Source: Piromyces finnis finn
Lineage: Eukaryota; Fungi; Neocallimastigomycota
Length of the DNA stretch: 64,000 nucleotides
Reading direction: 5' to 3'
Assembly (NCBI GenBank): GCA_002104945.1
Contig: MCFH01000007.1
Location: 1,178,001 to 1,242,000 of the forward strand
Position 1 is the stretch's first letter. Each line of letters starts with the position of its first letter. The translations under genes and the position numbers were made by a program. This document shows, in pieces, positions 51,382-64,000 of this stretch. The notes beneath the pieces are model-generated. The model searched no databases. It was not told the DNA's origin and saw only the letters and a list, made by a program, of their open reading frames with translations.

Positions 51382-52847
51382 TCATCTATATTTGTTCTTT
51401 CATCTAAAATTGACATATCGTTCTAAAATTATATATATATATATAATCATTAAGATTTTCTATTTGTGTGTTTGAAAATATTTATAACAAAATAAAATAA
51501 AATAAAAACTTACATAAATTTCTAAAATTTGTTTCTTGTTCTTCTCAAATTGCTCATCATTTATTTTTTGAAACTTGATAGATTCACTTGTTGGATTGTT
51601 TTCATATAAAACTTCATCGGAAATAGAATTATCAACACAATCCTTTACAAGCTTTAGGAAAAATTCTTGATTATTATTATATCTAAAAATAATTTAAATC
51701 GAATTTAAAAATACATTTTAATCTTCTTAAAATATCTAATATATTAAAAAAAAAAAAAAAAAATTACGTTTCCCAAGCATGTTGATTTGAAATCTTATCA
51801 CTTTGAAATTCTAAAAATGTTCCTTCGTTACTTAAAGCATCATTTAAAACATAAAGTAACTTTAAAACAGAATGTTTAATATTAATGCTTTTGTTATATA
51901 TTGGATTGAAATAACCAACTTTATTGACTAATGGATGATAAATATGTGTGTTAAACTGAATAACAGGATTAGCATTTCTATCCGTATTTATATTGAATCA
52001 CATAATTAAAATTAAAGGTTAAGGCAACTAAATATTTTATATAACTTATTTAATATATTACAATGTTAATAAAAAATATGAAAAGGATATTCAGAGAATC
52101 TAACATTGAACTTAAATACACCTCCTTTGTAAAAACCTTCGTGAATGAATATTACACCTACCCATTCTATTAAATAATAAATCCATATAATTTTAATTAT
52201 TAAAAATTGTATTATTTTAATTAAATTCTAATAATTAATATTGAATATAATAATATAATTTGAAGAAGAAAAAGAAAGAAAGCTTATTTACTGTAAATAT
52301 CATTTGATTGATAAATAAAAATATTTTTACATTTTAAATTTGTTAAATTTTTTCTATTAATTAAGATTATGTGAAAATAGTGAAAAGTTTTTAAATATAA
52401 TAAAATAACATTAGTACATTTTTATACTTTAATTGAATTTTTATGAAAAAAAAAAAATAATAATAACAATTTAAATTTAATAATATATATTTTAAATAAT
52501 AATATTTCGTTATATTTATGTTTAATGAAAAACTTACAATTCCATTAAAATGTCATTTCTTCTAATTAAATTAGTAAAAGTTGTTTCATTATTATTGTTT
52601 CCATGAACAATAGTTCCTGAAATTGTTCTTGGTGGAGGTGGTGGTGAATTTAATTGTAAATTATTCTGTAATTATTTAATTATTTTTTAACATATTAAAA
52701 TGTAAAAATTAATAATATTATTAATTGTGTTATTAGTATATAATGTTTAAACCTTTATTTTATAATTTTTTAAGAAATATTATAGTAATTATCATAAGAA
52801 TTATAAAATAAAAAAAAATAATAAAATAAAAAATAAATTACATTCAT
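51382..52847 (-). CDS. AKTIP/FTS-like ubiquitin E2 variant (no catalytic Cys)
   Basis: Exons 52842-52847 (6 nt, tentative), 52538-52665, 52292-52353, 52091-52166, 51768-51983, 51514-51682, 51382-51422. Translation includes KWVGVIFIHEGFYKGGVFKFNV and PVIQFNTHIYHPLVNKVGYF; no Cys follows the HP motif, as in AKTIP/FTS. Confidence 0.8.
51984..52090 (-). other. U12-type (minor spliceosome) AT-AC intron, 107 nt
   Basis: Starts ATATCCTTTT (52090-52081), contains branch site CCTTAAC (52024-52018), ends TAC at 51984. Removal gives in-frame TCT GA|G GAT AGA AAT; retention hits TAA. Confidence 0.88.
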
Positions 52848-53503
52848 GGTTATTTAACCTTTCTTCCAATATCAATATTTCTTACTATATTAATGTTTCA
52901 AAGGTTTTCCAAAATAATTTAATTTAATATCAATAAAATGTTTATAAAATTATTACTAATTATTACTATATAATAATAAGAGTTATTACAAGCTGATTGT
53001 TATAATATACAATTTATTATTATTTAAATTTATTTTTGTTGTTATTTATTGTTTTTTTTTTTAATTTGTTATTGTTTTGATTGCTTTTTTTTATTATTAT
53101 TTTATAATTTTTGTTGTAAAATAAAAAATAAAAATTAAATATTATTTTTTATACTCTAAAATTATTTAATATTAAATTTTATTAATTATTAAATTTAAAA
53201 ATTTTGTTTTATTTTTTTAAAAATTATTAAGTTTGTGTTACATTAAAGTATATCATTAACACCAAATTTGAAAATTTAGATTTATACTACTTTTCAATTC
53301 TATAACAAAATAACTATTTCTATCTTCCATTCCATCTAAAGTATATAATAATAAAATAACAATAATCTTATAATAGTTACATTATATTATTAATTAAAAT
53401 TATCTATTTATCTATTTAATCATAAGCCCCCATTTTAATAATAAAATTATCAATGAACAGTATGATTTTTTTCATAGTAAAACTATAGTTTAACTAATTT
53501 TCA

Positions 53504-53506
<3 letters not shown>

Positions 53507-53562
<56 letters not shown>
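53507..53562. repeat. (ATT)n microsatellite
   Basis: About 18 tandem ATT units, intergenic. Confidence 0.9.
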
Positions 53563-53563
<1 letters not shown>

Positions 53564-54405
53564 TTTAACTATTCATTTTATAATATAATAGTCATCATAG
53601 AATCAATATTTTTAATTTTTTAAACTACTATATAAAAGTAATAATTATAAATTCTATTTTGATATAATATTTAATATGTTTTAATCATAATATCTTTCTT
53701 TGGTAAATATAAAATATTAATAATCCATTAAAAAGTATCCTATATTCTTTATTTATTGAAAAGAAAATTATAAATTAGTTTTTATAATAAGCATATTTTC
53801 TAAGAGCTACTCATTAATATATATAAAATGTAATAATTTATATTTTTTCTAATTTCATTTTCATAATTAATTTTTTCTACTTATGATTTTATAAAAATGA
53901 AAGATTTTTTTCCACAAAAATTAAAGGTTTAGATTTTAATATTTAAAACCTTTCTTGTTTTTATTTTATTAATATTTTACTAATTTTTATTTATAATATA
54001 TCATATTTTTATTTCATTATTTATATTTTTAATGAATATATATTTAAATAAAATAAAATTATTGCCATTAGCTTAACACATTTCTTATATAAAAAAGATA
54101 TTTTTTTATTAATAATATTTATTATACTATTGTTACTCAAATCTAACCTTTTGTGTAACTATTTATTGAATTTATATTTTTTAAATCAAAATAAATAAAA
54201 AAAATTATTAAATAAATATGTATATATGTAAATCTTTTTATTTACATTTACATATAGATTAAATGGGTATATTAAAAAGATTACTTAATATTATTACTTT
54301 TTAAAATAAAAGTTTTGATAAATTACTACAAGATTAATAATTTAATTACAAAAATATGATATATTTTAAAAAAAATGTTTTTTTTGCATATTACTTTTTC
54401 CTATT

Positions 54406-54845
54406 CTAACTCAATTTTAATTTTGGATTATCTATTAAAAGTTCAACAAATGGTTGCCAATCTGTATCGTTTCCTAAATTTATACTTTTAAAAAATGCAC
54501 CAGCGGCTGCTTCAATTTGACCGGTATGTAGAAAAGAAAATGCAAGTAAGTGTTGACTTTCTCTTTTTGTTCTTTCATTACGTAATGCTGGTGTTATACA
54601 TTCTATGACAGAATGATAATCTTCTAATTTATAAAATCCTCTTGCTGCATATAACCAACCAATAGAGTCTAAAATAATGAAAGTAACAAACAATTAGTAT
54701 ATATATAATAATAAATATTTTAGTAATAGAATAATCAATTACATAATGTTTTTATATAAAATATACCTTTTGGACAAAAACCAATTTTTTCTTGTAATCT
54801 TTCTCTAACAGACTTTCTTTGTGCATTATAATCATCATCATTCAT
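54406..54845 (-). CDS. Small TPR-like helical protein (113 aa)
   Basis: Exons 54767-54845 and 54406-54668 join in frame across a GT-AG intron. GWLYAARGFYKLEDYHSVIECI and SQHLLAFSFLHTGQIEAAAGAFFKSI follow the TPR small/large residue pattern. Confidence 0.75.
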
Positions 54846-57642
54846 TTTTATTTCCTTTTTATTATTTATATATATCTTATATACTTTTACAAATTATTTA
54901 TTTATTTTTTTTTTTATATTTTCTTGCCTATAATAATAATAGATTTTGATAAAATTAAATATTTTGTATTTATTAATTAAAAAAATAAGTAACATTTATT
55001 ACAGTTCTATAATTTATGTATATGTTTACATTATAAGAAATATTTTAACTTTTTTTAAATTTTTTAAAAAAGTAGTCTGAGTTTTAAAATACTATATAAA
55101 ATATTTATTCTTTATTATTTCATTTATACATTTTTATTTGATTTTTATGTTAATATTAATTAATTAAATATAATAATGATAACTTTTTTATATTAAATGT
55201 CTTTTAATGTGAAAATAGAAAAGAAGTTTTATAAAAAATTAAATAATCTTTCATTTTTAGTTAATAATTTTCTTTCCACTTAAATTAATATAAACTAATA
55301 ATATGAAAAATGATGTTTAAACAGAATGATATTATGTACATTTTAAAATTAAAGTAATTCCGATAAAATGATCTTCTTATATGATTATTAAAAAGAATAT
55401 TTATCATATATTTATATATTAAATTTTTTAATCTATTCAATTATTAAAAATATAAGTACCTACAGAATTTTCATTTTCATTTTTTTTTTTTTTTTAAAAA
55501 CATGATATTACAAGAAGTATAAATATAAATAAAATCATCCTTACTCAGTATAATAGAATAATAAGTTCTAATTTTTTTAAATATACAACATTAATATTAA
55601 AATGTATTATACATATGATAAAGACTGTTATTAACAAAATTAAAGTTATCTTTCCAGATCATTTTATTTGCTAAATATTACAAATAAGGACTTAATATTA
55701 TTTGATAAAATTACACAAAATTTTATTGGATATTTATTAACACATAATGTGTTAACTTTTATCAATAACAAAATTTTATTAAATTTTAAACATAAATAAT
55801 AATCCATTTTTATGAGGATGAATTAAATAAAAAAAAATGATAAGTCAAAATTTCATTGGTTAACAGTTAATTAAATTACAAAAAAAAGAATATTACAAAT
55901 TATTAGTTAATAAATACATTATGATAAGTAAATAGATGTAATATTAATTTAATATGACTTTATTAAGCTTTTAATAAAAAAATAATCATATTTTAGCTTA
56001 TTAGCAATTTACCTATATATATAACTTAAATTTACATATACAAAATACAAAAGTAAGTAAAAATAAAAGATACTTTTTTCATACAGCTACTTGGTGGCTT
56101 GATTTATAATTTTTTCCATAATTATAAAAATTTTAAAATTTTTAGATCTTGAACTTAAAACATGAATTATATGGATAAAGTTTTATAATACTATTTTTTA
56201 TATTTATTTTATTTATTATTCCAACCTAATGACATACAATTAATTATGCAAATAAAAATCAATTAGATTATTATAGAAAGTCAACATCCATAAACCATAT
56301 AATTTATATCATTCTTTTTAATTTTTAGAAAATAAAAATACTTATAATTGTATATTTAAAGTAATATATTGTAAATATATTTATTAAATGAATAGGTTTT
56401 AAGTGATATTAAAATGTAAATCTATGATATTACAATTAGTATTGCAAAAAAAGCAGCCAATATATTTTTTGAATCAAAGATTTGATTGAATTTCTATAAT
56501 TAATAAAGTTCCCATTAAATTAAAAGCTTAATTACTTTATTTTAATTAAATTAAATTAATATACATTATGTTTTAATATATAAAAGGATATATAAATAAT
56601 ATAATACGATATTACAAAAAAGTTTGAAATAAATAATAATAATAAAAATCAAATTAAAGAAATTTTTATTTAATCATATTAATATTTATATATAATAGGA
56701 ATATATAATAATATTTATTATTATTAAATAAAATAAAATATAAGTATATTATATTAACAATAAGCAAATTAATTTTTTTATACAAAATATTTTATATTAT
56801 TAATTATTTAATTGATTTTAATAATATAATATAATATAATATATCATATGAAATAATAATCTATAAATTAGTTATATATAACCATTACATTATCATATTT
56901 AATAGATAAAAAATAAAACAATTGATAGAATTATAAATAATGAATAAAGGAATATATTATTAATTATATAAATCATTTATTATTATATTAATTTTGTAAT
57001 TCGTTTTTTTTAAACTTAATTTTTTTTGTTTTTATGGATTTGTTTGATTACTAACAATTATTGTTAGTGGTGCTCTATACCACCAAGTTTATAAATTATT
57101 TTTTTTTAAAAATACTAGATTTTTATTTATATTAATTAGAAAATATAGAAAATTTTATTATTAATACTTAATAATACAAGGGAACATATATAAAATATAA
57201 AGAGTATTAAATAGAATTGTAGTGAAATAGCAAAATTAAAAAAGATTATTATTCATCATGTAAATATGATTATCCATTTCACTAGTAATTTTTCCCAATC
57301 ACTTTTTAGTTTATCATATATAAAAATTTCATGATTGGATATAATTAAATATTATTGGTGTATTTATCACATTTTGTAATTTTAATACAATATATAATAT
57401 TGTCTAAATAAAATATTTGGAAATCAAATTTTTTATTTAAAAGGATAAAAATTACCCTTTTTTTGTTTTTTTTCTTCACAGAAAATTAATTTGTAAGTGA
57501 AGTATAAATAGCATATATTAAGATTAGAAAAAGTTATAAGTAGTTTATTAAAAATGAATATTGATATTAATGAGTATTTATTATAAAAATTATAAACAAT
57601 ATATTTTATATTTATATAGATTTATTAATTCATAAATAAGCA

Positions 57643-59010
57643 ATGGCTGAAACTTTCCTTTTTACTTCTGAATCTGTTGGTGAAGGTCACCCAGGTAAAT
57701 ATTTAAATCAGTAAATAAATTAATATTATTAAAAAGAAAAAAAAAAAGTCAATAATTGAATATATGTATAAAAGCAAAGTATATTAATAAATATTAATAT
57801 TAATATTAAATAGATAAGATCTGTGATCAAATTTCTGATGCTATTCTTGATGCCTGTCTTGCTCAAGATAAGTTCTCTCACGTTGCTTGTGAAACTGGTG
57901 AGTTTATTAAAATGAAAAATATTAAGAATTTCTAGTAATAATTAAATGAAAATATATTAATAAAAATTTAATTATTGTTATCAACATAACACAGCTGCCA
58001 AGACTGGTATGATTATGGTCTTTGGTGAAATTACCACTAACGCTCAAATTGATTTCCAAAAGGTTGTCAGATCTGCTATTAAGAAGATCGGTTATGATGA
58101 TTCTTCCAAGGGTTTCGATTACAAGACTTGTAACGTTTTAGTTGCCATTGAACAACAATCTCCAGATATTGCTCAAGGTCTTACTCAAGTTTCCACTAAC
58201 GTCGAAGATATTGGTGCTGGTGACCAAGGTATTATGTTTGGTTACGCTACTGATGAAACTCCAGAATTAATGCCACTTTCTCACATGTTAGCTCACAAGC
58301 TTAACCTTAAGTTAGCTGAACTCCGTAGAGATGGTACTCTTCCATGGTTACGTCCAGATACCAAGACTCAAGTTACCGTTGAATACAAGATTGAAAACGG
58401 TGTTACTACTCCATTAAGTGTTCACAATGTTGTTATTTCTACTCAACATGCTCCAGAAATTACTACTGAAGAATTACGTAAGGAACTTGTTGAAAAGGTT
58501 GTTAAAACTGTTATTCCAGCCAACTTATTAACTGAAAAGACTATTTACCACATGCAACCATCTGGTAAGTTCATTATTGGTGGTCCACAAGGTGATGCTG
58601 GTCTTACTGGTCGTAAGATTATTGTCGATACTTACGGTGGTTGGGGTGCTCACGGTGGTGGTGCCTTCTCCGGTAAGGATTGGTCTAAGGTTGACCGTTC
58701 TGCTGCTTACGCTGCTAGATGGGTTGCTAAGTCTTTAGTTAATGCTAAGTTATGTCGTCGTTGCTTAGTTCAAATCTCATACGCTATTGGTGTTTCTGAA
58801 CCATGCTCTATCTTTGTTGATACCTACGGTACTGGTGTTAAGTCCAATGCTGAAATCTTAGAAATCATTAAGAAGAACTTCGATCTCCGTCCAGGTGTTA
58901 TTGTTCAAGAACTCGATCTCTGGAGACCAATTTACCAAGAAACTGCTTGTTACGGTCACTTCGGTCGCTCTCAATTCACTTGGGAACAACCAAAGGAACT
59001 TAAGTTCTAA
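57643..59010 (+). CDS. SAM2: S-adenosylmethionine synthetase (methionine adenosyltransferase)
   Basis: Exons 57643-57694, 57814-57897, 57995-59010. [31 protein letters not shown] and GGGAFSGKD signatures; C-ending codon bias typical of a highly expressed gene. Confidence 0.98.
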
Positions 59011-59690
59011 GTTAACAATGTGGAACTCATTAATTAATAATATAATACATACAGATCATTATGAAAATATAAAGAGGTTTCAACATTTCTTTATACTATC
59101 TTTAAAAAAATACAAAAGATACAAACAAAAAGCTATTTCATTTTTCAATTAATATTTTATTAAATTAATTTATTAAAAAATTATGTATATTTTCATATTT
59201 AATATTAATCATAAATAATAGCAATTTTTTTTAGATATAAAATGTAAAAAATTAAAAAATTTTGAAATAGAAGTTAAAAGTAAATATAAAATTCATCCTT
59301 TAATATTTTGAAGTTGCAAATAAGAACAACATGCAAAATAAAAATGTAAATTTAGAATAAATTTAAAGGATGGAAAATGAGAATAACTAACTTTAAAAAA
59401 TTTGCAAATATATTAAAAAAACAAAAAAAAAAACGAAAAACAAATAAAAATAAAAATATATAAATATAATAAATATAATAAATAATTGTTATTAGAGAGC
59501 TTTGTGTTTAAATAAGAAAAAATAAAAGTTTAAAACTATTTATAATTATGAAATCAATATTAAAATTACTTGAAATGTTAGTTTTTAAAATCAATATAGA
59601 TTAGTTTATGTTCCGTTCACAGGATTCAATGTTAGTATCTCTTCGAATAAAAACATTATGAGCTCATTGGTTAGTTTAGTAGATGCCATT

Positions 59691-60242
59691 CCATTTGATA
59701 AAAATTTGTCCCTTAAACCAGCTATTAAAAGCTCTTTGTGTATGATTATTCTAGTGTGTGAAGTAAAATATTTAAATTCCTTCTTGAGGGAAGAAGTTTT
59801 AACAAAACTATAGACACTTTTTCAAGAAAGCTGACGAATCAGTTCCGGGAATGAGAGGTTTATATTTAGGTTTTCACAATTCGTGTCAAGCTTCACTTGA
59901 AAACTTCTCTGGAAAGTATATTATTTCTATTTATACTTTTAGTCTCTGGACCCCTCTTGGGAACGTGCCTTCATTTATTTAATAAATGTAGTTTCTCAAG
60001 GGGGTCTACTCATGCTCATGGTACTGAGAGAGTAGAAAGAATTAAATCCAAGTATTGCGCAATGGATGCTTGGTGCCCTCTTAGGAACGTGCCTTCATTT
60101 ATTTAATAATGGAGTTTATCAAGGGGGTCTACTCATGCTCATGGTACTGAGAGAGTAGAAAGAATTAAATCCAAGCATTGCGCAATGGATGCTTGGTTAG
60201 TCTTTAAGGGAAAATTATTAGGACTAAGCTCATGGTACTGAG
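59691..60242 (+). mobile_element. Rearranged, degenerate LINE remnant of the same family as the downstream element
   Basis: 59691-59720 nearly matches 63971-64000 (RT region); about 59808-59950 nearly matches about 61718-61859 (endonuclease region). The order is inverted relative to the intact copy. Confidence 0.85.
59952..60197 (+). repeat. Two-copy tandem repeat of about 123 bp, plus a partial third copy at 60228-60242
   Basis: Units 59952-60074 and 60076-60197 (CCCTCTT.GGAACGTGCCTTCATT...GGATGCTTGGT), differing by a few substitutions and one indel. Confidence 0.92.
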
Positions 60243-60844
60243 CGATTAAAAAACATTTTATTCATCGAATTAAGTATTTGATGAATAAGTTGAATGTTTG
60301 ATATTCAGGTAAGTTTGTATAGTATTTAATTAGAAGAGTAATACATTTTGTTGCTGTATTTTTTCTTTTATTCATGTATTCATGTAGTACTACTCTTCTC
60401 TTGTAAGAATCCAATGTAGTCAACTTTAGCATTTGCATTGTACTTTTATATTCATGTAGCTATTGTTGTATTGTTTCTTGTAAGAGACTGATTCACTCTA
60501 CATCATGTAAAAATACTATTCACAAGCTTTCTGGTGTCGACATTCTTGATTCAAATTTTTTACCAATTTAAATATTTAATGAAAAGTAAAGTCAAACAAG
60601 TTTAGTGTCAAAAAGCGATTCGAATTTACTAACAACAAACCAAAACTAGAATTTTTAAAGAAAATTTACAACTAGAATTCAAAAAAAAAAAAAAAACTTT
60701 AAACAAAGCATCGTAACAATTTTTGTACTATCCAGTACTTTTAAGAAGAGAGAGAGAGACAGATTTTTTTTCCATACACGTTATATTTATAATTTTTATT
60801 AGTATTTATTTTATATTCAATATTTTTAATTAGAATTTATTATC

Positions 60845-63800
60845 ATGTCAGTCCTTTATATTAAAGACAAGAATTATATCAGACGTGGTACCCGGTCTTA
60901 TGGTATCCCCTTAAATGATATTCGCTCCTTCTTTATCCGTGGTATTCGATCATGGTCAGTAAATATGCTATGGGAAAAACTCGAGGTTATTCTAGAAGAT
61001 AAATTTAATTCAGTTATTAGTGTTAAATATTTTCAGACTTTCAATGATCACTTTTTCTTAGTCAAGGTTCATGGTTCATCGAAAGATTGTATTAAAATCT
61101 TACACATGTTAAAGAAGAAACTTTCAGTTACCTCAATTTCCTTTTCAGCTCGTAGTAGAAGGAATCACAAATACACTTTTTCCACTCTCAAACGTAAAAT
61201 TTTAGTTTCTAATAAACATCAACATTCTATTCAACAATCATTTCAACAATCAGTTCAACAATCTCATCAACAATCCGATCTTCAACTAGATCTTCAACAA
61301 GATCTTCAACAAGTTTCCAATCATGAAAATATTCCAGATCTACAGCAAACACAATTTCAATCTCAACATTCAACAATTAATTCTAATAGCTCTATCAACT
61401 CTGATAACAGTTCAATAGTTGATAGTTCTTCAGTTTCACAGCCATCTAGTAATAGTTCTACTTATTCCTCTGATGCATCATCCATTAATAACGATGACTT
61501 TAATAATAATAATAATAGCAACGATTCTTCCTCATCCAACAAGCCTGATAACTTTTCTTTTTGTCTTAGTTGGAACACCAATGGGTGGAATCACGAAAAG
61601 AGAGATAGTATTAGCTATTTCACAGCTATTTTCAAACCATTATTTTTATGTTTCCAAGAAACTGGTAATGGTTCTGGTTCGAATACAGATTATCCTTGTC
61701 GTGTTACTTTGCGAAACTATAGACACTTTTTCAAGAAAGCTGACGAATCAGTTCCAGGAATGAGAGGTTTATATTTAGGTTTTCACAATTCGTGTCAAGC
61801 CTCACTTGAAAACTTCTCTGGAAAGTATATTATTTCTATTTATACTTTTAGTCTCTGGAATAGATTCAAATGCTCGATTGGAAATGTTTATATGCCTCAT
61901 AGTCATCACAACATCTATGTTGATCATGCAAAGTTAGAAGTTCGCTTGTGGTTACAAACTCATTCATCCCATCCATCGATTCTTGTTGGTGATTTTAATA
62001 TGTCTAAAGTAAAATTATCCAACTGGTTATCAACTAATGGATTAGGAGATTGGGAAATTCTTCCGCTTAGAGGGTCTACTATCTCTTGGACTCGAGGTGA
62101 TCAATCTTCCGACATTGACCATGCTCTTATCAATTCGAAGATGAAAGATCTTATTCACTCAGGATCATTTATAAATAATTTTTATCCTGTGTCAGACCAT
62201 AAGCCACTTCTTATTAATGGTAAAATTATTCCTATGGAAGATTTTTCTAATGACTTTAATGTTCCTAAGAAAATTCTGAAATGGAATAGATTAAAATGTA
62301 TTGAGGAAAAGGAATCTATTCTCAGTCATAATAAATTCCAAATACTTTCAGCAAAATTCAACGATCCTAATGTTTCTACAGATGAACTTTCCAAAGAGTT
62401 TACTTCAACTGCTTTTTCAATTGCAGACGAGCTCAGTATTACTTCAGCAAATAATGTTATAAAGTCTTCATTTCATATTTCACAACAAATTTTTAATCTT
62501 CAAAAAATCAAAATGAAGTTGTATAAGAGATTTAAAAAAGAAAGAATTTATGATATAGATGAATTTATTAAAAGAATTAAAATCTACCGTAAACTCATTG
62601 ATTACATCCACAAAAGATGTAATGAATTTAGGAAGCAAGAATATCTTCATTGGATTAAAACAGGATGTGAGTATATGAAGAGTCATAATCCTAAGAAGGC
62701 CTGGAAATGGATCAAGAAAACTGCAAAAATTGGAAAAGATTCTTTCTTTATTGCTCAACCAATTAAAAATAAAAATGGAGAATTAGTTGTTGCTACAGAA
62801 GAACAACTAGATGTGTGGCATGATCATTTCGAAAATCTTGCATCAGACCCAAGTGGTATAAGTCTTGATTTGGAGCATTGGTATGAAGAACCAACGAATA
62901 AACGTTTTTCACTTCCTATGCTTGATGAGTGGGATATCAACCAAGATATTAGTATTGATGAAGTCAAGTCAGCTATCCTCACTACTCCAAATTATAAAGC
63001 ATCAGGTCCGGATGGTATTCCAATTGAATTTTACAAAGCATTAGTTCCATCAAGTAATGATTCTAATAATGCTACAGATAATAATTCTTCTGGTAATGCT
63101 ACTTCAGATAATGATGCTCATGGTTTAAATTTTATTCTTAAATTATTCAACCGTATTTGGGATGGAGATTTCCCCAACTCATGGAATGAATCCAGTATTG
63201 TTTCTATTCCTAAGAAGGGAGATTTGACAGATTGTGATAACTATCGAGGTATATCACTTATCAATAATGGTATTAAGTTGATTTCCAAAATTGTCACCAC
63301 TAGAATCTCAGAATATGGTTTAAAGAATAATTTCATTAGACCTGAACAATTTGGTTTTCGAAAAAAGGAAGAAAGTATTAGTCTTTTCATTTCAATCCAA
63401 GAAATATGCCGTAGACGTCAATTAGATAATAAAGAGACATATTTGGCCTTTTTAGATCTCAGGAAAGCATACGATTCAGTCCCAATCGGTAATATTCTCC
63501 ATAAATTAGATTGTTTAGGAATCCGAGGTAAGAGTCTACAATTTATCAAAAATTTATATTTAACATCTAAGGCTAATGTCAAATTAGATGGACAATTCTC
63601 GAAATCTTTTGATGTGAAGAAAGGAGTCCGTCAAGGTTGCCCTCTTTCTCCTATTCTCTTTAATCTCTTTATTAATGATATATTTAGAGAGTGCGAAGAT
63701 CTAGGAGTCAGTTTAGGTGACACTCGATGCTGTGGTGGACTTTTTGCAGATGATATAGTTATTTGTGCTCCAACAAGAGGATGCTTAAAAAAGATGCTTA

Positions 63801-64000
63801 GAAGAGTTAATGAATGGGCCTTGTATAATGAAATGGAATTTGGTATCCAGAAATGTTCAACGATGGTGATTCGTCCTGAATCAATAGAAAATCAGAACAA
63901 GAGAGATCCAACATTTTACTTAGCAGGACAACCCATTCCAACTACTGATTGCTATACTTATCTTGGTGTTCCATTTGATAAGAATCTGTCCCTTAAACCA
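60845..64000 (+). mobile_element. Non-LTR retrotransposon (LINE), single ORF with AP endonuclease and reverse transcriptase; runs off window
   Basis: Frame from ATG 60845 read with no stop to 64000 (1052 codons). Endonuclease motifs SWNTNG, FQETG, GDFN, IDH, SDH; RT motifs KASGPDGI, IPKKGD, NYRGISL, EQFGFR, FLDLRKAYDSV, GVRQGCPLSPILFN, LFADD, YLGV. Confidence 0.97.

Noticed and set aside
51382-52847. AKTIP-like gene as a pseudogene because of the in-frame stop after EYP
   Set aside because: The AT-AC intron removes the stop and restores the frame; all other junctions are canonical.
59952-60242. Tandem hairpin units as CRISPR array or hammerhead ribozyme
   Set aside because: No unique spacers or cas genes, eukaryotic context; CTGAGAG does not fit the CUGANGA core.
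60480-60530. Minus-strand ISLLQET, like a LINE endonuclease motif
   Set aside because: Flanked by stops with no other motifs; too weak to call.

Overview
Very AT-rich, intron-containing eukaryotic DNA. Composition, poly-Asn tracts, the receptor family and a bacterial-type gene point to an anaerobic gut fungus (Neocallimastigomycota); this is inference. Spliced by eye, the window holds 12 protein genes: a Ser/Asn-rich unknown (runs off the left edge), LST8, an intronless bacterial-type C69 dipeptidase, a large-ectodomain 7TM receptor, an intronless 2959-aa membrane-embedded GT4/PelF-like glycosyltransferase resembling the galactosaminogalactan synthase Gtb3, an RGS protein ending in a CaaX box, glucose-6-phosphate 1-epimerase, a TRFH-like protein with no Myb domain, a ubinuclein/Hpc2-like protein, a SUN-domain protein, an AKTIP/FTS-like E2 variant and a small TPR-like protein, plus S-adenosylmethionine synthetase. 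It ends in a scrambled LINE remnant and an apparently intact single-ORF LINE running off the right edge. Strongest observations: (1) a U12-type AT-AC intron (ATATCCTTTT ... CCTTAAC ... AC) that is needed to restore the AKTIP-like frame; (2) the stand-alone Gtb3/PelF-like synthase; (3) the Myb-less TRFH-like protein. All family calls are motif recognition from memory, not database searches.
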